Source: an uncultured Acidobacteriota bacterium (GTDB lineage: Bacteria; Acidobacteriota; Thermoanaerobaculia; Gp7-AA8). From it: a DNA stretch of 64,000 nt. This document shows positions 1-8,681 of the stretch, one piece after another. The position numbers and the translations under genes are program-made. The notes under the pieces were generated by a model that did not search any database, was not told the DNA's origin, and saw only the letters and a list, made by a program, of their open reading frames with translations. The number at the start of each line of letters is the position of its first letter. Position 1 is the stretch's first letter. The DNA is taken from positions 480,001 to 544,000 of the forward strand of contig CAVUKB010000007.1 of NCBI GenBank assembly GCA_963741955.1, read 5' to 3'.

Positions 1-51
1 CGCTGGCGCCGCGGAGCGGCTCTCTTCAGTCACTGGATCTGCTGTTTCCAT
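1..51 (-). CDS. 5' end of a gene running off the window (METADPVTEESRSAAPA...), possibly egtB by context
   Basis: ATG at 51 with GGAG RBS upstream, directly downstream of egtD on the same strand; identity is inferred from context only. Confidence 0.4.
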   Translation of the reverse strand, partial: METADPVTEESRSAAPA

Positions 52-92
52 CACTCCACCCGGTGCAAGATTCGTGTCGTTCGCGGTTGCCA

Positions 93-253
93 GGAGTCTG
101 CGCGGTAGGAACGTCCGTAGCGAGAAAACGGATCAGCGGTCCAAATCCGTCCGGATTTTCGGCGAGTAGCCACCGCTACGCACCTCAAATCCGAACGAAT
201 TTGGCCTCGCCGCTCCGCTTTCTCGCTACGGACGTTCCTACCGCGCAGACTCC
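93..253. mobile_element. 161-bp palindromic MITE, copy 1
   Basis: ~40-bp terminal inverted repeats GGAGTCTGCGCGGTAG...CTACCGCGCAGACTCC; CA on both flanks; near-identical to four other copies. Confidence 0.85.
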
Positions 254-263
254 CAGGCGCAGG

Positions 264-1229
264 TTACTCCACTTCGAGATAGTGCACGCTGAAGAGAGAG
301 TCGGGATCGGTCCAGACGGAACGGGGAGTGAATCCCGTCTCGGTGGCCAGTTCGCGGAATTCGTCCACCGAGTACTTGTACGAGCTTTCGGTGTGAATCG
401 TCTCTCCGGCGGTGAATCCGATCCTCTCGCCTCCGACCGAGACGATCTGGTCGGTCGTGCTGACCAGATGCATCTCGATCCTTCCCGCGCGCTCGTCGTA
501 GAAGGCCCGATGCGTGAAGCGCTCCAGGTCGAAGCTGCCGTGAAGCTTCCGGTTGATGTGACGGAGGACGTTGAGATTGAACGCTGCCGTGACGCCGCGG
601 GAGTCGTTGTACGCGTCGTGGAGAATGGCGCGGTCCTTCTTCAGGTCGACCCCGATCAGCATGCCGTCCCCAGGCTCGAGCTCGTCGATCAGGGTGGCGA
701 AGAAGATCTGCACTTCCTTCGGCTCGAGGTTCCCCACCGTCGAGCCGGGGAAGAAGACGATTCTTTTCGCACCGGTCGCCGCGGGGATGTCGAACGGCCG
801 CGTGTAATCGGCGCAGACCGCAACCACCTCGATCGACGGGTAGGCGGCCTTGATCTCTCCCGCCGATTCCGCGAGCAGATCCTTCGAGATGTCGACCGGG
901 ACGTACTTCGCGCCTCCGTCGATCCGGTCGAGGAGGATCCGCACTTTGGTGCTGTTCCCGCTTCCGAGCTCGACGATCGTCGGCCGCTCGCCCATCAGCT
1001 CCACCATCTCGCCGGCGTGGCCCTCGAGAATCGCGATCTCGGTGCGGGTCGGGTAGTACTCCGGGAGCCGGGTGATCTCTTCGAACAGACGTGACCCTTC
1101 TTCATCGTAGAAGAACTTCGGCGGAAGACTCTTCTGGGGGCGGCGAAGCCCGGAGAGAACTTCGTGCCGCATACTTTCCACGTGAGGATGGAGATCGATC
1201 AGAGTGACGGTGCGAGTCGCCGTTCGCAT
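264..1229 (-). CDS. egtD: L-histidine N-alpha-methyltransferase EgtD (ergothioneine synthesis)
   Basis: LPPKFFYDEEGSRLFEEITRLPEYYPTRTE, VELGSG, FPGSTVGN, GVTAAFNLN, IHTESSYKY motifs. Confidence 0.95.
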   Translation of the reverse strand: MRTATRTVTLIDLHPHVESMRHEVLSGLRRPQKSLPPKFFYDEEGSRLFEEITRLPEYYPTRTEIAILEGHAGEMVELMGERPTIVELGSGNSTKVRILLDRIDGGAKYVPVDISKDLLAESAGEIKAAYPSIEVVAVCADYTRPFDIPAATGAKRIVFFPGSTVGNLEPKEVQIFFATLIDELEPGDGMLIGVDLKKDRAILHDAYNDSRGVTAAFNLNVLRHINRKLHGSFDLERFTHRAFYDERAGRIEMHLVSTTDQIVSVGGERIGFTAGETIHTESSYKYSVDEFRELATETGFTPRSVWTDPDSLFSVHYLEVE

Positions 1230-1426
1230 CCGGAGGCCTCCTCAAATCCGAGTTGGTTGCGAATCGTAACATGCACGTTAGCAGCCAGGAGCGTTGTGGC
1301 GTCGGGGCGGCGGAAGCCCATGAGGTGCGGACCCTCAGTTTCGCCGCGTGAATCGTGTCGAAGGGGAGAAAGACGGAACCTGTGGAGACGCGCGGAGCGT
1401 CGGGGGCGGGCGCGGATCATGGTGAC

Positions 1427-2399
1427 GATGCGCTTCGCTTCTGCCGAAGGGCGGGTCTCATTGCGAGCAAACACGATGATCGCGGCAGATCGGAGGATCT
1501 GCGCCCCCCTTCGCAGCGGCCTCGCGGTTCCGCCTCTGGGAGAGTGAGAATGCGCTTCGCTCTTGCCGAAGGCATGGTCTCATTGCGAGCCAACACGATG
1601 ATCGCGGCAGATCGGAGGATCTGAGCGTCCCTTCGCAGCGGCTTCGCGGTTCCGCCTCTGCGAGAGTGAGGATGCGCTTCGCTTCTGCCGAAGGCATCGT
1701 CTCATTGCGAGCCAACACGATGATCGCGGCAGATCGGAGGATCTGCACCCCCCTTCGCAGCGGCTTCGCGGTTCCGCCTCTGCGAGAGTGAGGATGCGCT
1801 TCGCTTCTGCCGAAGGCATGGTCTCATTGCGAGCCAACACGATGATCGCGGCAGATCGGAGGATCTGAGCGTCCCTTCGCAGCGGCTTCGCGGTTCCGCC
1901 TCTGCGAGAGTGAGGATGCGCTTCGCTTCTGCCGAAGGCATGGTCTCATTGCGAGCAAACACGATGATCGCGGCAGATCGGAGGATCTGAGCGTCCCTTC
2001 GCAGCGGCTTCGCGGGTTCCGCCTCTGCGAGAGTGAGGATGCGCTTCGCTTCTGTCGAAGGGCGGGTCTCATTGCGAGCAAACACGATGATCGCGGCAGA
2101 TCGGAGGATCTGCGCCCCCCTTCGCAGCGGCCTCGCGGTTCCGCCTATGCGAGAGTGAGGATGCGCTTCGCTTCTGCCGAAGGCATGGTCTCATTGCGAG
2201 CAAACACGATGATCGCGGCAGATCGGAGGATCTGCACCCCCTCTTCGCAGCGGCTTCGCGGTTCCGCCTCTGCGAGAGTGAGGATGCGCTTCGCTTCTGC
2301 CGAAGGGCGGGTCTCATTGCGAGCAAACACGATGATCGCGGCAGATCGGAGGATCTGCACCCCCCTTCGCAGCGGCTTCGCGGTTCCGCCTTTTGCGAG
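1427..2399. repeat. Tandem array of 8 x 122-123 bp non-coding units
   Basis: ATGCGCTTCGCT recurs at 1428, 1550, 1672, 1794, 1916, 2039, 2161, 2284. Confidence 0.95.
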
Positions 2400-2429
2400 C
2401 GTGGCGCAATGGAACGAGAATGGTGGCGC

Positions 2430-3176
2430 ATGAACGCGATCGAGATGAGGCAGGTCTCCGTAGAGAACAGCGCCGGAGCGCCGATACTCGACCGGATCGA
2501 TCTCGTCGTCGGTCGCGGCGAATCGGTCGCTCTCGTCGGCCGGAGCGGCGCGGGGAAGACCACTGCGCTCCGCCTGATCAACGGCCTCGTTCGTCCGGCT
2601 CGAGGTGAAGTCGTGGTCGGGGGATCGAATCTGGAAGAGAGTGATCTGGTCCGGCTCCGTCGTGGAATCGGCTACGTGATCCAGGGCGTCGGGCTCTTCC
2701 CGCATCGCAGCGTCTACGACAACGTCGCCACCGTCCCGCGGCTTCTGCGGTGGGACGAGGAGCGCACCCGCGCGGCGGCAAGACGTCTTCTCGACGAGCT
2801 GGAGCTCCCGTTCGACGCGTACGCAGGGAGGTTCCCGAGGAGTCTCTCCGGGGGGGAGCAGCAGAGGGTGGGGATCGCCCGTGCGCTCGCCGGCGATCCG
2901 CCGATTCTCCTCTGTGACGAGCCGTTCGGCGCCCTCGATCCGATCGTGCGCCGGCAGCTGCAGAAGGCGTTCGTTCATCTCCGCGACGTCTCGCAGCGGA
3001 CCATCGTCTTCGTGACGCATGATCTCGCAGAGGCGTTGTTCGTCGCGAAGAGGGTGGTGCTGTTCGACGGCGGGAGAGTGGTCGCCGATCTCCCGGCGGA
3101 AGAGTTCGTCCGCTCGGAGGAGAGCCGAGTCCGCGAATTCGTCGAAGCATCGCGCTCGCCGGTGGAGATCTCGTGA
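2430..3176 (+). CDS. Osmoprotectant/betaine-type ABC transporter ATP-binding protein
   Basis: Walker A GRSGAGKT, LSGGEQQR, DEPFGALD, LRRGIGYVIQ; start may be 2409 or 2430. Confidence 0.9.
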   Translation: MNAIEMRQVSVENSAGAPILDRIDLVVGRGESVALVGRSGAGKTTALRLINGLVRPARGEVVVGGSNLEESDLVRLRRGIGYVIQGVGLFPHRSVYDNVATVPRLLRWDEERTRAAARRLLDELELPFDAYAGRFPRSLSGGEQQRVGIARALAGDPPILLCDEPFGALDPIVRRQLQKAFVHLRDVSQRTIVFVTHDLAEALFVAKRVVLFDGGRVVADLPAEEFVRSEESRVREFVEASRSPVEIS

Positions 3177-3856
3177 GGGCGTTTCTCTCAACCTACGGTG
3201 CGGAGATGGCGCGACTCACGCTCCAGCACGTCGTGATCGTTCTGGTTGCGGTGCTCGTGGCGACCGTGGCGGGCGTCCCCGCCGGGATCTGGGCGACACG
3301 CAACCGGATTGCGGGGCGGGTGATCCTCCGTTTCGCCGATCTGATGCAGACCATCCCGTCGCTCGCGATGTTCGGTTTCCTGATCCCGCTCCCCCTGATC
3401 GGAGGGATCGGAACCCGGACCGCGATCGTGGCGCTCGTTCTCTATTCTCTTCTGCCGATCGTGCGCAACACGGCGATCGGTATCCAGCAGGTCGATCCGG
3501 TGGTCCGCGAAGCCGGCGTCGCGATGGGGATGACCGACGGACAGATCCTCCGGCAGCTCGAGCTTCCGCTCGCGACGCCGACGCTCGTCGCCGGTCTCCG
3601 GATCGCGACGGTGATCGCGGTCGGTGTCGCGACGATCGCGGCAGCGATCGGCGGAGGAGGGCTCGGCGTACTGATCTTCCGCGGGGTGGCGATGGTCGAC
3701 ACGCCCCTCATCCTCGCCGGAGCGCTTCCCGCCGCGCTCCTCGCGTTCGTCGCGGACCTCGGGTTTTCGGCCCTCGAGCGGATGCTCGCGCGAAGGAGGG
3801 GAGAATCAGGCGATGGGGTTAGACTTGGCAGGTCGGAAAATCTGGTCAAAACGTGA
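3173..3856 (+). CDS. Osmoprotectant-type ABC transporter permease (OpuBB/ProW-like)
   Basis: QTIPSLAMFG, EAGVAMGMT EAA loop, IGGGGLG. Confidence 0.9.
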   Translation: MRAFLSTYGAEMARLTLQHVVIVLVAVLVATVAGVPAGIWATRNRIAGRVILRFADLMQTIPSLAMFGFLIPLPLIGGIGTRTAIVALVLYSLLPIVRNTAIGIQQVDPVVREAGVAMGMTDGQILRQLELPLATPTLVAGLRIATVIAVGVATIAAAIGGGGLGVLIFRGVAMVDTPLILAGALPAALLAFVADLGFSALERMLARRRGESGDGVRLGRSENLVKT

Positions 3857-3876
3857 TCTATAAAAGAGTTTGATTA

Positions 3877-4758
3877 ATGAAGCGACTTATCGTAGTTACT
3901 TTAGTGGCTGTTTTTCTCGCTTCTTGCGGTCGACCCGAGCGACCCGCCATCGTAGTCGGCTCGAAGAACTTCACCGAGTCGGTGATCCTGGGGCAACTCG
4001 TCGCGGAGAAGCTCGCTGCCGCCGGATGCCGCGTCGAGCGCCGCTTGAATCTCGGTGGCACGTTCGTCGCCGACACCGCGATCCGCTCCGGAGAGATCGA
4101 CGCGTACGTCGAGTACTCCGGAACTGCGCTGACCGCGATCCTCCATCAGCCGATTCCGGCGGACCGCGACCGGGTCGACGCGATCGTGGGTGAGGCCTAC
4201 CGGACCGCGGGTCTCCACTGGGGACCGGGGCTCGGCTTCAACAACACGTTCGCCATGATCGTGAGGAAAGACGACGCGGATTCGCTCGGGCTGCACACCA
4301 TCGCCGATCTGGCGAAAGTGTCGGATCGGTTCCAGCCGGGATTCGGATACGAGTTCGTGGAGCGGCCCGACGGCTGGCGAGGGTTGCTGAAGGCGTACGA
4401 TCTGCAGTTCACGAAGACGCCGCTGACGATGGATCTCGGACTCACCTACCGCGCGCTCTCGGCGGGGAAGGTGGACCTGATCGCGGGGAACTCGACCGAC
4501 GGGCTGATCGTGCCGATGCACCTGTACGTCCTCGAAGACACGCTCCATTTCTTTCCGCCGTATCACGCTGCGATCGTCAGTCGCGAGGCGATCGAGAAGA
4601 AGTGTCCCGGGGCGCGGGCGGCGCTCGATGCACTCGGCGGGAAGATCGACGACGAGGCGATGCGGACCATGAATTACGAAGTGGACGGCGAGCGGCGGAC
4701 CCCGCGGATCGTGGCGAGGGAGTTTCTCGCAGGGATTCATCAGGGGTCGGATATCTGA
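3877..4758 (+). CDS. Betaine-type ABC substrate-binding lipoprotein (OpuBC/OsmF-like)
   Basis: Lipobox LASC, VGSKNFTE, EYSGTAL, FNNTFA, EFVERPDG, FFPPY. Confidence 0.9.
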   Translation: MKRLIVVTLVAVFLASCGRPERPAIVVGSKNFTESVILGQLVAEKLAAAGCRVERRLNLGGTFVADTAIRSGEIDAYVEYSGTALTAILHQPIPADRDRVDAIVGEAYRTAGLHWGPGLGFNNTFAMIVRKDDADSLGLHTIADLAKVSDRFQPGFGYEFVERPDGWRGLLKAYDLQFTKTPLTMDLGLTYRALSAGKVDLIAGNSTDGLIVPMHLYVLEDTLHFFPPYHAAIVSREAIEKKCPGARAALDALGGKIDDEAMRTMNYEVDGERRTPRIVAREFLAGIHQGSDI

Positions 4759-4845
4759 TTGCGAAGCGTCGCGAGGATCGTTTCTGAGGGGGATCTTTTC
4801 TGAAAGGGAGGGTCCGCGGGGATCGATCCCGTCTTCAGGAGGAGG

Positions 4846-6090
4846 GTGATGGGATTCCGGGGTCAGGAGGATCGCCTCTGGAGCGTGGAGGAGGCGCAGG
4901 CGCGCGTCCTCCGGGAGTCGCTCCCGTTGGAAGACGAGACCATACCTCTGGGAGAAGCGACGGGTCGCGTGCTCGCGGAAGATGTCGTCGCGCCGCGGGA
5001 CGTTCCGTACGCCGCGAATTCCGGGATGGATGGATATGCGGTCCGCTCCGCGGATACCGCTGCTGCGTCGGACGCCCGCCCCGTCGCTCTCGACGTGATC
5101 GAAGACGTGCCGGCGGGAAAGCTCGCCACCGAGCGCGTGCGGCGGCGCACCGCGATCCGGATCATGACCGGAGCTCTTCTCCCGGAAGGCGCGGACGCGG
5201 TGGTGCAGGTGGAGCGGACCGACGCCGGGCCGGAAACCGTGCGCATCTTCTCTGCCGTGGACGCGGGGGCGAACGTTCGTCCGCGCGGCGAGGACATGCG
5301 CGAAGGGGAGATCGTGGTCGGGCGTGGAACGGTACTGCACGCCGGCGAGATCGCGGTCATCGCCGCGTGCCAGAAGAGCGAGGTCTCCGTCTCGCGCCGT
5401 CCCCGCGTCGCGATTCTCGCCACGGGGGACGAAGTGATCGGTATCGACGACCACTTCGAGCCGGGGAAAGTGATCGACTCGAATGCGTGGGGGCTCGCGG
5501 CCCTGGTGCAGGAGTGCGGCGGCGAGCCGCGGGTGATGCCGGTCGTCCCGGATCGGAAAGACGCGACCGTCGCGGCTTTCGAGAATGCCCGCGAATGTGA
5601 CGTGATCCTCTCGACCGGAGGTGTGTCGGCCGGCGCATACGATCTCGTGGAGGACGCGCTCGAAGAACTGGGGGCGGAGATCGTCTTTCGCGGGGTGGCG
5701 ATGAAGCCGGGGAAGCCGATCGTCTTCGCACGGCTCGGCGGCCACGCTTTCTTCGGCCTTCCGGGAAATCCGGTCTCGTGCATGACCGGATTCGTTCTGT
5801 TCGTTGCTCCGCTTCTGAGAAAAGCTCTCGGAATCGCGGGTGATCCGCGGCCGCCGGCGATGCGCGCACGCCTCGAGGGGGAGCTCCGTTCGAAGGGAGA
5901 TCGAACCACGTTCTTCCGCGTCCGGGTCGAGAGTCGCGACGGAGAGCTCGTCGCGACGCCGATGAAGGCGCAGGGGTCGGGGGTGTCGACGTCCATGGTC
6001 GGCGCGAACGGTTTCGCGGTCCTCGGGATCGGCGAAGAGTCTCGTCGGCGTGGGGATGACGTCTCCGTGCTTCTGCTGCGGGTTCTTTAG
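4846..6090 (+). CDS. moeA: Molybdopterin molybdenumtransferase
   Basis: NSGMDGYAV, IMTGALLPEGADAVV, TGGVSAG, MKPGKP, GLPGNPVS. Confidence 0.93.
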   Translation: MMGFRGQEDRLWSVEEAQARVLRESLPLEDETIPLGEATGRVLAEDVVAPRDVPYAANSGMDGYAVRSADTAAASDARPVALDVIEDVPAGKLATERVRRRTAIRIMTGALLPEGADAVVQVERTDAGPETVRIFSAVDAGANVRPRGEDMREGEIVVGRGTVLHAGEIAVIAACQKSEVSVSRRPRVAILATGDEVIGIDDHFEPGKVIDSNAWGLAALVQECGGEPRVMPVVPDRKDATVAAFENARECDVILSTGGVSAGAYDLVEDALEELGAEIVFRGVAMKPGKPIVFARLGGHAFFGLPGNPVSCMTGFVLFVAPLLRKALGIAGDPRPPAMRARLEGELRSKGDRTTFFRVRVESRDGELVATPMKAQGSGVSTSMVGANGFAVLGIGEESRRRGDDVSVLLLRVL

Positions 6091-6126
6091 CGCGCATTTC
6101 TCACACCATCTCTGCTGCGGAGCCGG
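6091..6126. mobile_element. Truncated IS1380-end mini-element
   Basis: CGCGCATTTCTCACACCATCTCTGCTGCGGAG matches one end plus the core of the copies at 10715 and 37488; second end missing. Confidence 0.55.
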
Positions 6127-6214
6127 ATAGCGGCGAGGGGCCCTTGATCTCCGAATGATCTGCGCGCTCGCCGCGCCGCAGAGACGGGCTTTGTGGTGGG
6201 TTGCCGGAGCACGG

Positions 6215-6494
6215 GCGGTGCGACCGTCTCGGTGGAGTGGTGCGACCGTCTCGGTCGCAGGCGGCGGGATACGGTGAGTTCTGTATCGATGTGAGGGAGA
6301 GGGGAAGGAGCCGCTCGCTGCGCTCGCGGTTGCGACCGAGAAACATTGCGACCGAGACGGTCGCACCACGCAGCGACCGAGACGGTCGCACCACCCGCAG
6401 GAGGGGATGGTTGCACCACGCGGCGACCGAGACGGTCGCACCACCCGCAGGAGGGGATGGTTGCACCACGCGGCGACCGAGACGGTCGCACCAC
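6215..6494. repeat. REP cluster (GTGG + TGCGACCG-TCT-CGGTCGCA hairpin) in both orientations
   Basis: Forward copy at 6237-6259 and four reverse copies from 6347 to 6494, directly upstream of a RAYT-like gene. Confidence 0.85.
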
Positions 6495-6571
6495 ACGGGG
6501 GGGATGGTCGGGGATTCTACGAGGAGTAGAGACTCTTGTGTGACGCCGGAAGGCCGAGGTAGCCTCGAGTC

Positions 6572-7140
6572 ATGCTGGTGCGCTATGTGTACGACGATCT
6601 TCGCGTCACGTGTCACGGGAGGCTGCCTCCCTACGACGCGCGTCTCGGTCTCTATTTCATCACCGCGCGGCTCGCGGATTCCCTCCCGCGTCACGTCGAA
6701 GAACGTCTGAACGCGAAGCGAACGGAGATGTTGCGCAGCGCGGACAGAACCGATCCCGACGCAAACATTGCGATCAATCGCCGGATTCGATTTCTGGCGG
6801 AGAAGGAGCTCGACCGCGGTGCCGGATCCTGTTATCTCCGGCGGGACGACGTCGCTGCCCTCGTTCTGAGCGCCCTCCGCTTTTTCGATGAGATCCGGTA
6901 CCGGCTTCTCGTCTGGTCGATCATGCCCAGCCATTTCCACGTGATCCTCAGGCTCCTCGGCGATTCACGACTCGCCGCCGTTCTTCAGTCGCTGCAATCG
7001 TATTCATCACACGAGATCGGTCGACTCCCCGGTTGCTCCGAGTTTCGATGGCAAAAGGGGTGCTACGACAGCGTGATGCGGGACTCGCGCGGCAGCTCGA
7101 GCGCGCAGCGCGCTACGTCCCCGACAATCCGGCGAAAGCC
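6572..7140 (+). pseudogene. REP-associated tyrosine (Y1/HUH) transposase, frameshifted near 7088
   Basis: YFITARLADSLP, IMPSHFHV HUH motif, WQKGCYDSVMRD; the catalytic-Tyr segment ARYVPDNPAKA lies in another frame. Confidence 0.8.
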
Positions 7141-7275
7141 GCATCGCCAGTTCGCGCTGGACCGGCTGCAACGAATCCGCTCTCGCGGCCGAGCTTTCCG
7201 GTTGGGCCTCTCCAGTCCCGGCGCGGCTGGCGTCGAAGTGAACGCGCGCAGACTCGGGATAGAATCGGGAGCGCC

Positions 7276-7596
7276 ATGACGAAGAAATCGCTGCTGATCT
7301 CACTTCTGATTCTCGTCGCCGCCACCATCGTCGCCTGCAACCGCGAGCAGAAACCGCCGGAGAACGAGAAGACGTATCCGATGGTCGGTGTGATCGTCGG
7401 CCGGACACCCCAGAGCAATGAACTGATCATCCAGCACGAGAAGATCGAGGGCCTGATGGAGGGGATGACCATGCCCTTCCGGGTCGAAGGTGCGGACGTG
7501 AAGGACCTCCCGCCCGACGGGAGCAAAATTCACGCGACGCTCCACAAGACCGATCGGGCGATCTGGGTCTCGGATGTTCAGAAAGTGCAGAAGTGA
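7276..7596 (+). CDS. CusF-like copper-binding lipoprotein
   Basis: Lipobox IVAC, IQHEKIEGLMEGMTMPF His/Met motif. Confidence 0.8.
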   Translation: MTKKSLLISLLILVAATIVACNREQKPPENEKTYPMVGVIVGRTPQSNELIIQHEKIEGLMEGMTMPFRVEGADVKDLPPDGSKIHATLHKTDRAIWVSDVQKVQK

Positions 7597-7747
7597 CCCT
7601 CACCCCGCCCAATCGCGGAAGGCGGAAATCGGACACGTCGCCGTGAGCCGAGACAATTCGGACTCGAGGGTCCGAGTTTCCCGGCACCATCGGCGTCGGA
7701 CGGCCCGAACGGGGTCACTCTGTTGAGCCCCGCCGTCGGGCGGGAGT

Positions 7748-8419
7748 TCAGTTCCTCTGGCCCCGCCGGTTCACGATCGACATGAATTCCTGACGGGTAC
7801 GCTCGTCACTGAGGAACGCTCCGCGGAGGACGTTCGTCTCCATGAACGACGATTCCTGCTCCACCCCGCGCATCACCATGCAGAGGTGGGTTCCCCCCAT
7901 CCAGACCGCCAGGCCTCGCGGCTCGAGAATCTTCTCGATCGTGTCGGCCACGTCGTGTGCGAGATGTTCCTGGCTCTGGAGCTTCCGCATGTGCACCTCG
8001 ACGATTCGCGGAATCTTCGAGGCTCCGATGATCACTTTCTCGGGAATGTAGCCGACGATGAAATGACCGAAGAAGGGGAGGATGTGGTGCGCGCAGAGTG
8101 TCTTGTACGTGCCCCCGATGACGACCAGGTTCTGGCAGTTGTGGTCGGCGACCGTGCAGGCCTGACGGAACAGGGTCGTGAGGCGCCCCACGTCCGTGAA
8201 GTCATACCCGCTGGTCATGTTCACCAGTGAGGTGGCCCACCTTCGTGGCGTGTCGCGGAGATTCTCGTTCTCCAGATCGACGTGAAGCAGCCGCAGGACC
8301 TCTCGAAGATGCCGCTCGAGCTCGACGCTGTCGACGCTCGGCCTCGGACCGACCAGCAGGCCCCGGTCGTCCACCACCGCTTCGATTTCCTTCTGGATGA
8401 TCTCTCCCGATTTTCCCAT
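7748..8419 (-). CDS. folE: GTP cyclohydrolase I
   Basis: LRDTPRR, LCAHHILPF, GASKIPR, HLCMVMRG zinc ligands. Confidence 0.9.
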   Translation of the reverse strand: MGKSGEIIQKEIEAVVDDRGLLVGPRPSVDSVELERHLREVLRLLHVDLENENLRDTPRRWATSLVNMTSGYDFTDVGRLTTLFRQACTVADHNCQNLVVIGGTYKTLCAHHILPFFGHFIVGYIPEKVIIGASKIPRIVEVHMRKLQSQEHLAHDVADTIEKILEPRGLAVWMGGTHLCMVMRGVEQESSFMETNVLRGAFLSDERTRQEFMSIVNRRGQRN

Positions 8420-8506
8420 CGGATCTCCTTCGCCTTCCGGTCACTTCAATACATATTCGATTCCGGAGAGACAAATCCAGTTGCAGCAGCGATTTTGCAT
8501 TTCGTA

Positions 8507-8536
8507 TTGACAACTGAATGAGCGTTCATTCAGAAT
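8507..8536 (+). promoter_or_regulatory. Sigma70 promoter with overlapping 20-bp palindromic operator (FadR/TetR-like)
   Basis: TTGACA 8507-8512, CTGAATGA-GCGT-TCATTCAG 8514-8533, CAGAAT 8531-8536. Confidence 0.75.
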
Positions 8537-8681
8537 GGAGGATCAACGCCGCGTATGGAGCGCACTCTCAGGCCGGGTTCGAGGTGCATCCGTCCGACGA
8601 CGCACTTTCTGTTCGGGCCGGGACGGTGAGGAGGCGATCGGCATCGCGATCGCAGGATTCACCGCGGCAAAGGAGTCGATC

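Noticed and set aside
1427-2399. CRISPR array or repeat protein
   Set aside because: No unique spacers, no cas genes in the window, and the 122-bp period breaks the reading frame
3901-6444. Long antisense ORFs (also 32652-35396, 27705-30110, 22552-24105)
   Set aside because: High-GC shadow frames opposite well-supported genes, with no recognisable motifs
7033-7596. 187-aa ORF read as a transposase-copper protein fusion
   Set aside because: The shifted RAYT tail happens to be in frame with the lipoprotein, which has its own RBS, ATG at 7276 and signal peptide
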